A program made the translations under genes and the position numbers. From the human T2T-CHM13v2.0 reference genome, Homo sapiens: a stretch of 64,000 nucleotides of DNA. The stretch lies in the NCBI RefSeq assembly GCF_009914755.1, contig NC_060928.1. One strand, 5' to 3'. Shown here in pieces: positions 27,530 to 42,008 of this stretch. The notes beneath the pieces are model-generated. The model worked only from the letters and a program-made list of their open reading frames with translations. It was not told the origin of the DNA and searched no databases. Within the stretch, counting starts at the first letter, position 1. Each line of letters starts with the position of its first letter.

Positions 27530-28004
27530 TGCTATGGTTTGAGCACGGTTTGTCTGCCCTCACCAAAATGAATGTTGAAATTTGATCCCCAATGTGGTGG
27601 TGTCAGAAGGTGGGGCTTAGTGGGAGGTGTTTGGGTCATGGGGGCAGAGCTCTCATGAATGGCTTGCAGCTGTTCTAGAGGTAACTGAACACTTGTATTA
27701 ACAGTAGTGAGTTCTTGCTCTCCTGAGACTGGATTAGTTCTCTGGGAATGAATTATTTCCCACAAGAGTTGGTTGGCATTAAGTGAGATTCCTTCTCCTG
27801 TTTGATCCCTCTTTGCACGTGTCTGTCTCCCCTTTGTGCATCTCACCATGTTATGATGCAGCATGGAAGCCCTTGCCAGAAACCAGGGCCATGCCCTTGA
27901 ACTTCCCAGCCTGCAGAACCATGAGCTAAGTAAATGTCTCTTCTTTATAAATCACCCAGTCTCGGGTATTCTATTGTAGCAACACCACAAAACAGATTAA
28001 GACT
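27530..28004 (+). mobile_element. MSTB-type MaLR LTR
   Basis: tgctatggtttg...gaaatttgatccccaatgtgg...ttgaacttcccagcctgcagaaccatgagc...ctttataaatcacccagtctc...gattaagac. Confidence 0.85.
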
Positions 28005-29045
28005 GGTCCTAAGACATAAATAAGAGACCAGATCAATTGCTTTCATGCTTTAATCCTGTGACAAGCTTACAGTAAGCTACAAGATATGCAAAACAGGCAT
28101 GAGACTGATGGTGCTCAGAGACTAATCATGCTCTGGCAGAGGGAAATTTCTTTCCAAATAATTGAATGGAGATACCAGTTGTTCTGAACTACTGGGCAAG
28201 ATGTTGTTACTTGCTGTGTAAGGAATATATAATTCAGCCACACATCCACTTGCAGGAAAGAGCTGTCTGCTGCTTGCTTGTTGAACTATGGAAGCAGAAT
28301 GATATGGCTAAAATCCACAGAATGGTTCCTGAAAAACACCACATAGCAGAGCCTGGGAAAGGGGTGAGGCAGGGGAGGAGGTCTATTTGGAGGTATCCAA
28401 GCATTTTTGGAACTGTGTTCTCTGTTTTCCCAGAGGATGAAAGGGCTCTTTGCCTTTGAACTTGCACTACACCAGGAGAAGGCCAGGCACCCCTTGAAGA
28501 AATGTCTACAATCCAGGGACAGTCTTGTTTGCAAACTCTTTTGTTAGGGTTTGGAACTTGACATTTTGGCAAGGACTAGTCATCTGAGATGGGGAGGGGA
28601 GAGAAGGGAGGGCTGTGCAAGCAATCAAACTGATACTCTTCTTGGAAATTACCCAAGCAATGCAGGCACGTAAAAGGGAAAGTGAGGGATGAGCCATCCT
28701 CTTTTGGATGGAAACATGGAGGCTGCAAGTTTACAGCCCACTAATCTTTGCTTGTCTCAGTAAAAGAAAGGCTTGCACTATTCCATCTGTAACTCCCTGA
28801 TTAGATAAATCCAAGGCTGAAAAACATACCAGAGAAATGTTCTGAAGGCTGAGAAAGACTGAGGAATAACTCAAGCACTTCAAATCAGAGGCATGAGAAG
28901 TAAGTTATCTATAGACAAACATCAGCCTTTGTAGGAATAAACTGCGGTTTGCATTAGACAGCTGAGTTATAAGCTCTCTCTAATGGTAGCTTCGAAAGTT
29001 TAATACTGTCAGATGCACACTGTTTTTATGTTGAAACATCTTGAC

Positions 29046-29148
29046 TTTTTTTTTTTTTTTTTTAACTTTTCCTAGGCTCAAGTGATCCTCCCCCCTTTAG
29101 CCTCCAAAAGTGCTGGGATTACAGGCGTGAGCCACACCACACCCAGTC
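29046..29148 (-). mobile_element. Alu 5' fragment (about 78 nt) joined directly to an A tail
   Basis: T18 then cctaggctcaagtgatcctcc...gtgctgggattacaggcgtgagccac. Confidence 0.8.
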
Positions 29149-29639
29149 TATCCTGACATTTAAAAACAAGGTATGATAAAGGTTAATGCAAATAAAAACC
29201 AAAATAGAATTATTCTTTAAGGTAAAAGTAGGATTATATCATTCAACTTATTTAATGAATATCTTCAGTATATACCAGCCACCATGCTAGGTGCCAGGGA
29301 TAGAAGGGTGAAAAAGAAAATGAATGATATCTTTTCTTAAAGAGCTAATGGTCTGGTGGGAGTGGGTGGGAGATACATAAATAAAATGACAACTCAATTA
29401 CAGAAATGGAGCATTCCCAGAGATGCACATGGGTTGCCACAGAAACTATGAGATCACTGCAGGGGTCAGAGGAAGCTTCCTAGGAAGTGACACTTGAACT
29501 GTATTTTAAAGAGACGGCGATAGAAAGACTATCTCCTGTAGAGGCAACAGCTTATCCAAAAGGATCAAAGCCTGAAACAGCATCTCCTTTCAGGAACCTG
29601 CAAGTGGTTCCAGGGCTGGAGCAGAGAGAGCCAGACAAG

Positions 29640-29822
29640 GCACTAGGCAGGCTATGGTCCCGCACCAGTGGTAGCACCAGGGAACTTGTCAGAAATGCAA
29701 ATTCTGAGGCAGCTCGAGACCTACTACATCAGAAACTCTGGGGGCAGGGCCCAGCAAGTTCTGTCTTCTTAACAAGCCCTGCAGGTAATTGTGACATGTG
29801 TTGAAGTTTGAGAACCTCTGGG
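29640..29822 (+). mobile_element. MER5A (hAT-Charlie)
   Basis: gggaacttgtcagaaatgcaaattct...gacctact..atcagaaactctggggg...aacaagccct..aggt...aagtttgagaacctctg. Confidence 0.85.
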
Positions 29823-30159
29823 CTAGAAGGGTTAAGGCCTGATCAGCATAGCTGTATGTGTTATGGGTACCAAGGGACCAGCAAGCCATGGGAAGCCAAC
29901 CAAGGATTTTAAGCAAAACAAGTTATCAGATTTGCATTTCAGAAACATCTTTCCAGCACAGTACAAAGAATGAATTGAAGAGAGATGAGACTGCAGGTAG
30001 CAAGACAAATTGGGAGGCTACTAATTTGGTGAGAATGACATCAGCTGAAAAAGGAAGAGGCAGCCGCAGCAAGATGGAGACAGCAGATGAAAAGGCAGAG
30101 ACTCTATGGACTCAGTGGCAGGAAGCAGCAGGGTACAAGGTTAAAATTATGGGCCTTTA

Positions 30160-30490
30160 GGTCCAGGTGCAATGGCTCAGTCTGTAGTCCCAGCACTTTG
30201 GGAGGCCAATGTGGGAGGATTGCTTGAGTCCAGGAGTTTGAGACCAGCCTGGGCAACACAGTGAATATAAAAAATAAATATGAAAATAAAATTAAAAAGA
30301 TTAGCCGGGCATGGTGGTATGTGTCTGTGGTCACAGCTACTTGGGAGGCTGAGTGGGAGGATCGCTTGAGCCCAGGAGTTCAAGGTTACATTGAGGTATG
30401 ATCACGTCACTGCATTCTAGCCTGAGTGAGACAGCGAGTCTGTTAGAAAGGAAAGGAAAGGAAAAACAAGAGGAAAGGCAAGGAAAAAAA
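30160..30490 (+). mobile_element. AluJ with GA-rich tail
   Basis: gggaggattgcttgagtccaggagtttgag; gaggatcgcttgagcccaggagttcaagg. Confidence 0.9.
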
Positions 30491-30739
30491 TGAATGGATG
30501 AAGGGGAATGTCCTGGGAGGTGAAGAAAAGAGTGCAGTCTAAGAAAACGTCCCAGTTTTTAGCTTAAACAACTTGGCAGGCTTTTGGTGTCATTTACAAA
30601 GTTAGGAATACTAGAAGTGGAGAATATTTGGAGAGAAATATCAGTTTTAGATTTCAGTTTTAGGCGTTATTACCAAGACAGATGTCAGACACTGATGTGG
30701 AAAGATTCTGACTCTTGCACAAGGAAATCTGGGGGCTGG

Positions 30740-31005
30740 ACAGCAGTTGGCTCTAGAGTCAAACTTAGCTTAGCATTCAGGTTCCACCATTACTGGCTGT
30801 GTGACCTCAGACAAGTAATTTAACTTGTCAGTCCTCTACTTCTTCCTCTACAAAACACAGAGACAAGTGGAATCTATCTCGTGGGGTCATTGGGAAGACT
30901 AAATGAGATAACGCATGTGCTCAAATAACGTGCTTAAAGTGTGTGGCACATGAAAAGGTGCCTGGCATATGCCTGGCTCAATAAATAACTGACTGTGGTT
31001 ATCAT
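30740..31005 (+). mobile_element. MIR
   Basis: tactggctgtgtgacctcagacaagtaatttaac...gactaaatgagataac...tggcacat...ctcaataaata. Confidence 0.75.
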
Positions 31006-31801
31006 TAAGGCCACATATAGTCTGGAGGAAAGAGGATCAAGGCATTGTCTTAGAGAGCATGAAGATGTATGGGGCAGTGTACAGAGGGGACCAAAAGGGG
31101 AGATTCAGAAGAATTAGATAAAAGGGCAGCAGGAAACCAAGAAAGAGGTGCCACCAAAGCCCATAGAGCAATTACACATTAAGTAGGGGAAGGGGCCAGC
31201 TCTACTAAGCAAAGGGGTGGCAACAGTGGAGACTGTTTGTGTTCCGTTAAGTGAAAATTAAAACATAGAGCAACAAGAAAGCATTAAAAAAGTAACTTCC
31301 CTCAACTCAAATGAGTCCAGCATGACCACCAGACACTGGGCATTGTGTGGCTAGGTAAGATGAGTTGGGAGGCACGGAAACTGCCAAAAAGGAACTCAGG
31401 ACTGGCCTGGGGGCACCTCTGTAATATCTGGAAATATCCGTTACCTTACGTAGGAGACAAAAGGGAGGCAGTGTTACACAATGTGTTCCAAAGACCATCA
31501 GACGGGGAGTCAGGAGCCCCCAGGTGTAGTGGCGAGCTGCAGAGTAACTGTGTGTGACCTTGGTCAAGTCACTGAATGATAGTCTCCTCAAGTGTAAATG
31601 GGTAATAACACCTGCTGCAATGTCACAAGACTGTGACTGTCAAACACAGGGAAGACATTTGGAAAAGAATATGTTGCATAGATACAGGATAAATTAAAAT
31701 ACCACCTTTTATCCATTTCTTAAAATAACAGAGATATAACGCTGCAGTTATGGCTGTGTCATCTGGTACCTGCACTGCCTTTAGAAGGCAGCACAGATTA
31801 G

Positions 31802-32170
<369 letters not shown>

Positions 32171-32204
32171 TTATCAGCAAGGCACTGACATTACAAGTGA
32201 GTCC

Positions 32205-32580
32205 TTCGTTACTATCTTTTCAAGAAAATTTGAACAGCAGATAGCCTTGAAAGATTCAGTGTTTCTTTACAGAGCAAGGGTCAGGGAGGCTTACTGCCCA
32301 TTATAAAAGATCGGAGTTCCCTAAGTTCAGGGTTCCTCTCCTAGAATACAACTCACTATGTATCACCTGGCCCTCTCTGCACCACCCTGTAAGAATTAGG
32401 GCTCAGGGAAAGTGTACAAAAATATTGATCCTCTGGTTCCTGGCATTGCTGTGATTAATAAAGTCCTATGTGTCTGCCCCAGCAGTGTGATGCCTTCTGC
32501 CAGGATTTGTGACACTGTGGCAGGATAACTTGTTTGCTGGCATGCAGGGTGAAATCTCAGACCCTTCACAGTCCTTGACA
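32205..32580 (+). mobile_element. ERVL LTR (LTR47-like), 5' truncated
   Basis: TATAAAA, AATAAA near 32457, terminal gggtgaaatctcagacccttcacagtccttgaca. Confidence 0.6.
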
Positions 32581-34360
32581 CTCAGTGTTATTGTTCCACA
32601 GAAGAGTTTGGTGTCTTAGATTGTTCTCCAGCCCCCTGGCTTGCTTCAGCTTGCCCTGTGGGATGTCAGCACCATCAGAGCTGAGGAGGCTGCTGAGATA
32701 TTAATAGCTATTTTTAAAACACTTATCACAAATGCTCTCTCTATGCCTATATATCTGTGTGTGTTTTTGAATTTTATTTTGTTTTTGTGGGTTCTGTTTT
32801 TTTTTGTTTGTTTCACTGATGAAATCTTTCTTTTCTAAGAAACACAGGACATTTATACATTTAAAGAGAGGAAAAGTGACTGTTATTAAACAGATGTCTG
32901 TGCTACAGTCAATATATCATTCTTTCATTTTAAAGTGTTCTAATTTAACTGTAAATATTAAAAGTTCCTAAGAAATAACTCCATGTTTCAGGTACATTTT
33001 AGTAAACATCTTGCCTTTGAAATAATTGAAATGCCAGGAGAATGTAACTTCAAAGCTTCAGACATTGTACAGAATGAGCTGAATGGTGTTTCCTACACTT
33101 ACAAGCTCCCGTGGCCTATGTGCCCAACCCCCACATTAGGCAAATCCACTACAGAAAACTATACTCAGAGTACACTGACTTCTTGTTAGAATTCAGAAAG
33201 CTTCTTTAAAATGAAACCTGATTGATAACATTAGCAACAAAGTCATCCAAGAAGTCATCTCTGAGAACCTCAAGTCCACGCTGAAACAGGAAGTGAATTT
33301 TCTCCTGGTGGGCCTTTTGAAATAAACGCTCCATCTTAAAAATGCCAGGACCCTTCTTAATAGCTATCATAGAAGTTATACCTCCAATCAAATCAACCAT
33401 TTACAAAAAGAATGATGACAGGTGCCTTCACTTCAAGCTCTGTTTTCATATTTCCATACCCATGTTTAAAATCCCCTTAATAGTTGCACTGAACTGACGT
33501 CATCTTTCTGATGCTTTATAAATTCAATCAAAACCTAAAACATCTTGAGAGATGAATGCAGGATGCATGGGGCATAATCAGGAGATCCCAATCCATTGAT
33601 TATCATGTGAAAGAAGGCACAGAGGCAATTAGTCCTTTGTTGTGGATGACAAATAACCTCCACATAAAATGTTCTATACACTGAGGCATCTTTGATCCAT
33701 CTTACTGGCTCAGTGACTCACAAAGGAGGAAGGAGGGGGGATGTCTGAAAACAAAAGGGCAGCCTGACGACACCATTTAGTTATTTATTCTGTATGTTCA
33801 GCTCAGTTTTTCCTCTTTCCAACTTTTCATGACACTATAAAAAGAAATGGAATGGATTCCTTTCAACCAAGAACATCAGCACTGCATACTAAGAAGTAAA
33901 GTACTGGCTTAACACAGAGCCCACAGAAGCCACCGAATATCAACCTCTCTCCTTAGTTAGGTATTTTTTACAAGGAAAATGGGTTTTGACAAATCATTCT
34001 TTTATATGTTCTTTTATATAAGACTTTAATGCACAGACTCTTGGAAATTAATTTACATATAAGACAAACTATTCACAGCTTCAGGAGAGAAGGCTGGGTT
34101 CTCAACAAGCACTGCCTTGGAAACTATCCATGTGTGTGCACTCTGGAATTTTCCTTTTCTGTTAGAATTGTTTGGAAGAGTCTCCTGATGAACAACAGCA
34201 TGAGGGATGTGAATAAGCGTCCCTTATTTCCTCTGGTTTAAAGACATCCATAACTTTTTGTTCTCTGAATAAAAGTGGCATGACATTAAAGTGAGTTGAA
34301 GATATAAAAGCATGTGCTAGAGATCAGCAAGCTTCTAAAATGATTTACTAATTCAGATGA

Positions 34361-34689
<329 letters not shown>

Positions 34690-34789
34690 TTTTATCTTTA
34701 AAAATTAAGAGGACTGCTAATTTCCTGAAGTTAAAACAGAAAGTATAAAGGGACCATACAAATTATAAATAGTGACACAGCCAAATGAG

Positions 34790-34990
34790 CCTGACCTCTG
34801 ATGACAAACCTTGGTTCAAATCTGGGCCCCAGCATTTAATGGATGTGGCCTGGGCAAGCTGACACTCTCAATTTTCTCTCCCATAAATACAGACTATTGC
34901 CTAGCATTCACATAGCATTGATATGAGGATCAATGAGTTAAGGTATGTGTTTTATGTATAGTAGGCACTCAATAAACACACTATTATTGC
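34790..34990 (+). mobile_element. MIR
   Basis: ggttcaaatctgg...cctgggcaag...tgaggatcaatgag...tagtaggcactcaataaa. Confidence 0.65.
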
Positions 34991-36180
34991 CATTAAAAGT
35001 GTAATTAAAAAGTCTCTTACCTAAGCACAATATAAGGTCACTTTTCAGATAACAAAAAGAAACTATCACATCATCTGTGCATTATTCAGTTAATCTAGCA
35101 GATTTGTATCAGAACCGAAATAGCATATACTATGGGGAAAAAAGATTGCAAAGAGGACCTAAAATCCTTTTTTCCTTTTGCAAGAAACTTCTTTTCATTT
35201 TTGATACAAGATTTCATTTAAAGCTGTTTAACCAGAGAGGGTCGCCATGGGAAAGTAAACCGCTGACAGAATATATTAGGTTCACATTAATTTACAGTGG
35301 TAGCATAATGCTTATGAAAAATAAGCTGGCTGGAAGCCCACAGTTTGCCCTTGAGCCTCAGTCAGCAGGGAAGTTTTGTGCAATATGATTAGTAAATGAG
35401 GAGACCCTAGGTGATTAATTAGTGCTCCATGTCAATCCTATCAGACAGGCTTTCAGCCAGTAACGTAAATAAGCCACCTGATTTTAAACTTCCTCCTCTT
35501 AAAACTGACGTCCATGTGAGCATGACTTTGTCAAACACTTAAATATTGAAGGAAGATTTCCTCCAAATCTCCTTTAAGATAAATCCTGCTTCCTTTGACA
35601 CACACTTTAGCTCTGGTAAATGGCAGACTAGATGGGAAAGAATCTAAATAAGGAAGCTTGTCTGAGAATTCTGAGTACTGAATTAACAAAACTCATTTCA
35701 TAAGTCCCTATTAACTGTTCAATGCTCAAAAGAGAAAAATCTGACTATGAATAGATTTACTGCCTACACCTGTGTACCAGTCAGTAACTTTTCCCAGACT
35801 TTACTATGCAGTTATGTTTTTAAAAATCTTTTTACTGTGTGTCATTAAATTGTTAATGATCTGTTTTTTATCTATAATTTCCTAGATATTTCTGATATGT
35901 ATTTTATCAAGGTATTGTCCCAAGAGAGATGTTTCTATGGCCAGGTCTGTTAGTTTACGTATTTGCACAGTCACTTCTCTGGTATCTATTACTATTTCAG
36001 TCAAGCTTCTTAAATTAGATTTAAAAGGGAAAGAAACAGCTTTCCTAAATTAAATCAGTTCCTTTAAATGAGGTTGACCCTTGAGTAGGTAATTTGTGTA
36101 AACATAAAATGGGTCCTGCTCTTCCTAAAATCTTATCACTAGGTTCTCAAAACTGGGCTCCAAATGTGAGATGTGGTGTA

Positions 36181-36845
36181 CAGCAGGTCTTCGAGAAATG
36201 TCATTTTGTTCAATGTCGTTTCCTTCAGTAACATTGATGAGAGGCCGGGGCCATTGTGCAGAGTTTGCACATTTGCCCCACGTCTGCACGGGTTTTCTTT
36301 GGGTACTCTGGTTTCCTCCCACATCCCAAAGATGTGTGCATTAGGTGAACCGAACTGAAGTGTCCACACGGTCCCTGTCTGAGTGAGTGTGGATGTGTGA
36401 TGGAATGGTGTCCTGTCTAGGGTGGGTCCCTGCCTTGTGCCCTGATATGCCAGGACAGACTCCAGCCACTCTCAACCCTGAACTAAAATCATGGAATCAT
36501 TGAGTAAATAATTATTTTGTTTTTATTAATCCTTTCTCTTGTTTTCGAGACAGAGTCTTGCTCTGTCCCCCAGGCTGGAGTGCAGTGGTGAGATCTCGGC
36601 TCACTGCAACCTCCACCTCCTGAGTTCTGTATATATAGCTCACATTTATTTCAATGTTTAATATTAAAAGTGTTTTGAATCTTTACTTAGTTTGCTGATG
36701 TTTTTGTGACCAGAAATATGTCCTAGCAACTTCAACTTTTGTCTGTATCAAGTAGCCTATGGTAAAATTAGATTTCTTATACATACATGTCATTTTGCTT
36801 AAAGTCACAGTTTCCAAATAGATGATCTTAAGTGAGGACTTACTG
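36181..36845 (+). mobile_element. MER6A (TcMar-Tigger), with a short Alu right-arm fragment at about 36530-36626 (minus)
   Basis: TA|cagcaggtc...gagtttgcacatt...ggtttcctcccacatcccaaaga...aagtgaggacttactg|TA. Confidence 0.85.
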
Positions 36846-37999
36846 TATCTGTATAATTAAGATATAAGTATTCCATTCTTGTCTGTATACTATTTTCTCA
36901 TTGTAGATGAAAGGCTCTATATGAATAAAATACTGCATATAAATATACTCACATATAGAATCTACAGATCACCGTGTACATACACAGAAACATCAAAGGT
37001 GTCCTAGGCTATAAAGTGCAGGTCTCATAGGCTAAAATCATTAACTGTTACATGCTGCAAAGGTCCAAGGTTTAAAGATATCAGGCTGGGTCTCATCAGA
37101 AAGGAGGCTGATTTTTGCTCAAACACCGTTAGAACTGAAAGGAACCTCTGAGGCCCAACAAAGTCAAGTCAGGAAACAGGAAAATTGAGAATCTCCATTT
37201 AGAAGCCAGAATACCAATCTCAACCTAATGTCAGTCTTTTTCACATACACAAGAAATCCAAGGCAGGCCAGGTGAAAACATCTGAACTAGATAGTAGTCA
37301 TGGCGAGAGGCAACCCGCTCCCAAGGGTAAACACACAAACTCTAATTCTACGGCTTTCAAATGTCAGCACAAAGGTAAGGAAGCATCCAAGACACCAGGC
37401 AATTTCCTAACAAATACCTCTGAGGGCTTCAGTGGGCAGGACATCTTGCTATGTTCACAGGTTGATAAATGATGGCACAATGGAGTTCATGCCCTGATGG
37501 TACTTATCATCTCACCATAGAGATAAGTTATGAATCAATAATGAACCTAAATGCCAATTTGCAGTAAATGCCATAAATGAGACTGAGAAAAAATAAGTTC
37601 AGAGAAGGCCACCAGATGCCAAGATGAGGGAAGATTTCATGAGGGGGTACAGGTCTCAAGGGGGGTGGAGGATAGAATTCTAAGAAATGGAGATGGAAGG
37701 CCTTCTAGACCACTGTTTTTTAAACAGGTTGCAACTTGCTTGATATCACAGTTTAATGGCCATTTTCTTCCTCAATGAAATGGAATAAAATGCTATAGCA
37801 TGTGGCAAGATAAAGTACTATTTCATGAAGCTTTTTAGCCTCATGTAAATTGTATTGGTTGTTCTGCTTCATGAAAAATGAAGAGTGAGGTTTTGTATTT
37901 GGCTGGAAAATAAGAACTCAGTTATGAGGTGATTCCAAGGCAGCATCTAAAACATAGCATCAAAGAATCTGGATTTTGTACTGTTTTTTGCCTTTTTAA

Positions 38000-38180
38000 A
38001 GCTTTATTGACATCGACTGTGCTTAGTATCTCACACACATGATCTCACTTAATTGTAACCACCACTCTTTGAGTTGGGTATTATTACCTCCATTATAGAG
38101 GAGGCAAGTGAGAATCAGACAGGTTATATAACCAGCCCATAAAATGAAGCCAGGTCTTTTGAATCCAAAGCTCATAATGT
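38000..38180 (-). mobile_element. MIR
   Basis: gatctcacttaatt...attattacctccattatagaggagg...ccaggtcttttgaatccaaagctc. Confidence 0.6.
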
Positions 38181-39854
38181 TAAAAAGGACACAAAAGAAA
38201 ATTATGAAATGATCAGAGCTGGGCTTTAGGAATATTAATCTTGCACCTTCAAAGAGTTACACTGAATAGACATTAGACAACTATATCATTAGAGAGGTTT
38301 CTTTTGATCACTCAATTTAGATATAAAATCAATTTAAATACACTCCAAATTCTAGGCAAAAATCACACCCAAACCAAGAGTTAAAACTGCTCTTAACGAC
38401 CCTAAAAATATTTCAGTGAAGGTTCTTATTTCTCAATAGCTATATTAATATCCCCTTACTTCATTCTGCAGCCATGAAGCTAATGACTTATCATTTGAAA
38501 AATGCTTTGAAGAAAATATGAAAATAGGTGGAAATGCAGAACTCTGCCTAAAGCAGAAATGCTAACATAAAAGAAGTAACCCACTGCTTTTCTCAGACTG
38601 ACTCGCCCCAGCCCTCTGTTCTCACCCCTACGTGCTCTGTCTGATCCTACCTACCTCCGGGAACAACTGTGAGGACTAACGGTGTAATCTATGAAGTGCA
38701 CAGGGCTCCCTGGAAAAGCATGGCTGTTAAAAGCCCGGATGTCATCACTAGAGGCAGCTGAGAGAACATGCCAACAGTCGACTGCTAATATAAAAATGTA
38801 AAAAAGAAATAACAGTAGACGGGATAATGTTGTGTCTAATTTAAAGAGGAAAAAAGAATTCAGAAGTAGCTATTTCTGATGAATATGAAATATCTGGGTA
38901 TTGAGCAATGAAAGACAAATATTCTTCCTCTCTTTTCTGTTGAAAGCATCCCTCACAACAAGAATCAAAAAAGCTCCTCCACATACCCAGAATAACCCAA
39001 TTGCCCAACAGGCAGAGAGACCAGAAGGGTAAAGTGTTCCTCTGTCCGGCATATGAGCTGGATAGAGAAATGTACACTAAATACCCTGCAAATCAGAAAA
39101 GCCAGCTGTGCACAGGATTATGCTCTTCTTCATACACTCTGAACGATCTATTCAATGGTTATGGACTAATATATGAACCCTCTTTAAAAGAAAAAAGTCA
39201 TAGATCCTCAAGGTTGACATAAGTTATTATTTATTAAAATATTCCTTAAATATGCAGAAATAGAAGACTGGTATAAAACCCCAAGCAAATTTATATATCA
39301 ACTAAAAAGAATACTATCAAACCAACAGAACTGAAACTAGCCAAAATAATTAAATGTAACAGATGATTTTTTTTTTTTTTTTGCTGTCACTAAAACACTG
39401 ATGTAGGCATCCAGTCTAGTTCTATATTTAATCTGCTTTGGTATTTTAACTTTCACAAATGTTTACATAGAGAATACCTGTTTACATAATTATATTGAAC
39501 AAAACAGCAAAAAATCTAGAGGACAGACTGGGATGATTAGACCTCATACTTAACCCAAAGTCAGCCATACTTAACCCAGGTGTCACAATAACTCTACAAA
39601 GCTCTCTTACTAACTTGAACAGAGTTAGTATCAGAGCATTATTGAAATTTGCATTAAATAGGTGTCTCATTCAATCAGGTAGAAATGAAAAACAGGAACT
39701 TTTTTTATTGTACATTTACCAGCTATGCTCACTACTATAAACTATTCTGCAAGGTGTATGTACAAGGGCTAGCTAGACCTGCCCACCACTCTGCTGGAAA
39801 TGGGGGGAGGGTACTGACTGCTCCCATTTTAGTATGACCATACTGCAAACAGCT

Positions 39855-40015
39855 TTTCATTTATCTCATTCAGTCTTCACAAAAGGGGAGAGGTACTGTT
39901 ATTATTCACATTTAACAGGTGAGGAAACAGTTAAGTGACTCACCCAAGGTCACACAGATTGACAGTGGTAGAGCCAGGATGCAAAACAAGGAAGCCTTAC
40001 TCCAAACTCCAAGCT
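39855..40015 (-). mobile_element. MIR
   Basis: ttatctcattc...acaggtgaggaaac...aagtgactcacccaaggtcacacag...gtggtagagccaggat. Confidence 0.7.
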
Positions 40016-40384
40016 CGTACCACAAATGCTTCTTGACCACCGTAAATCCCTGTGTGGCACGCTGTGATACCACATGGCCCCATCCACCCACTGAAAACAC
40101 ACACACAGATGCAGGTCTGCCCTTACATCCAAGCATTCATTTATAATGTGGTTGACCACATGATCCCAAAGATGCTAACACTTCTAACCGCCTACTACAT
40201 ATCTCCATTTGGTTACTACTCATTCAACTAAAGCATGTGCCCTCGAAAATCAATGAAATTAGAGACTTTTCTTTCCAGCTGGAAGGGTGTAGCAAGCCTG
40301 ATTTGAAAATGATTACAACTGCTTCTACAGGGTAAAAAACTGCCCGAAGTGGGCATTGAGTTTAAACATTATATCCTCGTCATT

Positions 40385-40625
40385 AATAAAAACAAGAGCT
40401 AACATTTATTGCATCCTTACAATGGAACTGGCACAGTTACGAACTTGTGCATTTCAATAAAGTTTCACGACAACCACTGAAGTAAACACCATATCGTCAC
40501 TTTCCAACTGTGGAAACTGAGCTTACGAGACATTAAGTAGCCTGGACTAGAGTTGCTACCTACCTAGTGACTGGGAAAACCCCGATTCAAACCCAGGCAT
40601 CTGACTCCAGAATCCCGACCACTCC
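40385..40625 (-). mobile_element. MIR
   Basis: agctaacatttattg...ggaaactgag...gattcaaacccaggcatctgactccaga. Confidence 0.7.
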
Positions 40626-41679
40626 AAATGCAGGATGAGAAGATCTATTGGCAATACAGTTTCTCCTCACTGCGTCTCAGAACTTGGGGATTCAGTTTCA
40701 TTTAGACTTCTGCAGCCAGTTTAATCTCTAACCTACTCATCTTGTTTGGTTGGTTAAGAGATGTTATATAGCCACAAAATAACACAAGATCTGTAATAAT
40801 TCAGAATCTTTTGGCTTTGAGACCAAAAACTGCTGTAATCCTAAAAAGAATCACCAATTAAAAACTAAGATTTTGAGTATGTTCAAGTAAAAGAATCTAC
40901 ACTGCCATAGAAGCACAAAACCCAGCTTTGGTCAGAAAGCTAGACCACAGTTTCTGCAGCCTTGACTTCAGACTCTGAGTTCCTTGATGTAGGTGTTGTA
41001 TCTTGGACATGGCACCTGGCAGGAAAAAGATGGTGAAATGACTGAGCATCAGGCATGGGCCTACTCTGCTGTTGTTCACCAGGCCATCACCTGACTGGGT
41101 AGGCAGAAGGGCCTGCACACACATTGCCAGGAGCTAACAAGGTCACTGGGACCAGAGCAAATGAGAGACAGTGAGCACATCCTGAAATGGCCAGAGATGC
41201 TCAGGGATGAAATGTCCCCTAGACACTGAGAAAGTGATAATGGTGAACTTTTGTTGCTCATCAGCCTGTGCCAGGAGCTATAGGTGCCTTCTGTACATGA
41301 CTAACTGTCATCACACTGTGAAGGAGACAATGATATCCCCATCATACAAATGAGGAAACAGGCTCAGAGGCAACACAGCTCTAGAAAGCAGCTTGATTAA
41401 GGCCAGGGTTCCCTGAAGCCACAGTGGAAAAGCCACAGCCGTTTCCACTTTCCTAGAGGCACACTCCACCCCACCTGCACTTCGGCCATGAAAGTTGAAA
41501 CAAAGTGATGGGATGTGCATTGGACTTGGGAATAAGGGAATGGGAGCTAAACTGAGACACAGATATTTAGAATCAACAAAGATTTTAGAGGTTGTCTAGT
41601 CTAGTTTTTTCATTTGCAGAGTAAACTAGAGCAGTTATTAGATTCACTTAAGATTACACAACATATACACACATATTAT

Positions 41680-42008
41680 ACACACACACACACACACACA
41701 CACACATATTTAGAAACAGGATCTTACTCCATTGTCCAGACTGGAATGCAGTGGCAAGACCATAGCTCACTGCTGCCACAAACTCCTGAGCTCAAGCCAT
41801 CCTCCTGCTTCATCCTCCTGAGTAGCTGGGACTAGGGGCATGTGCCACCATACCCGGCTAAATGTTAAAATTTTTTTAAAAGACGGTCTCACTATGTCGC
41901 CCAGGCTGGAGTATACTGGCATGACCATACCTCACTGCTGCCTCAAACTCCTGGTATTATATAATCTTTCTGCCTCAGCCTTCTGAGTAGCTGGGATTAC
42001 AGGCACAC
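41680..42008 (-). mobile_element. AluJ-derived element made of two right-arm-like units, with (CA)n tail
   Basis: Both halves carry ctgga..gcagtgg/tactgg...ctcactgctgcc...ctgagtagctggga. Confidence 0.75.

Larger units (their letters stand above)
29235..31210 (-). mobile_element. Fragmented L2 interrupted by MER5A, AluJ and MIR
   Basis: tcattcaacttatttaatg...ctaggtgccaggga...ggaagcttcctaggaagtgacacttgaac...; resumes after the inserts. Confidence 0.6.

Noticed and set aside
38745-38762. CTCF-like cactagaggcagc
   Set aside because: Lacks a core base; chance-level match.
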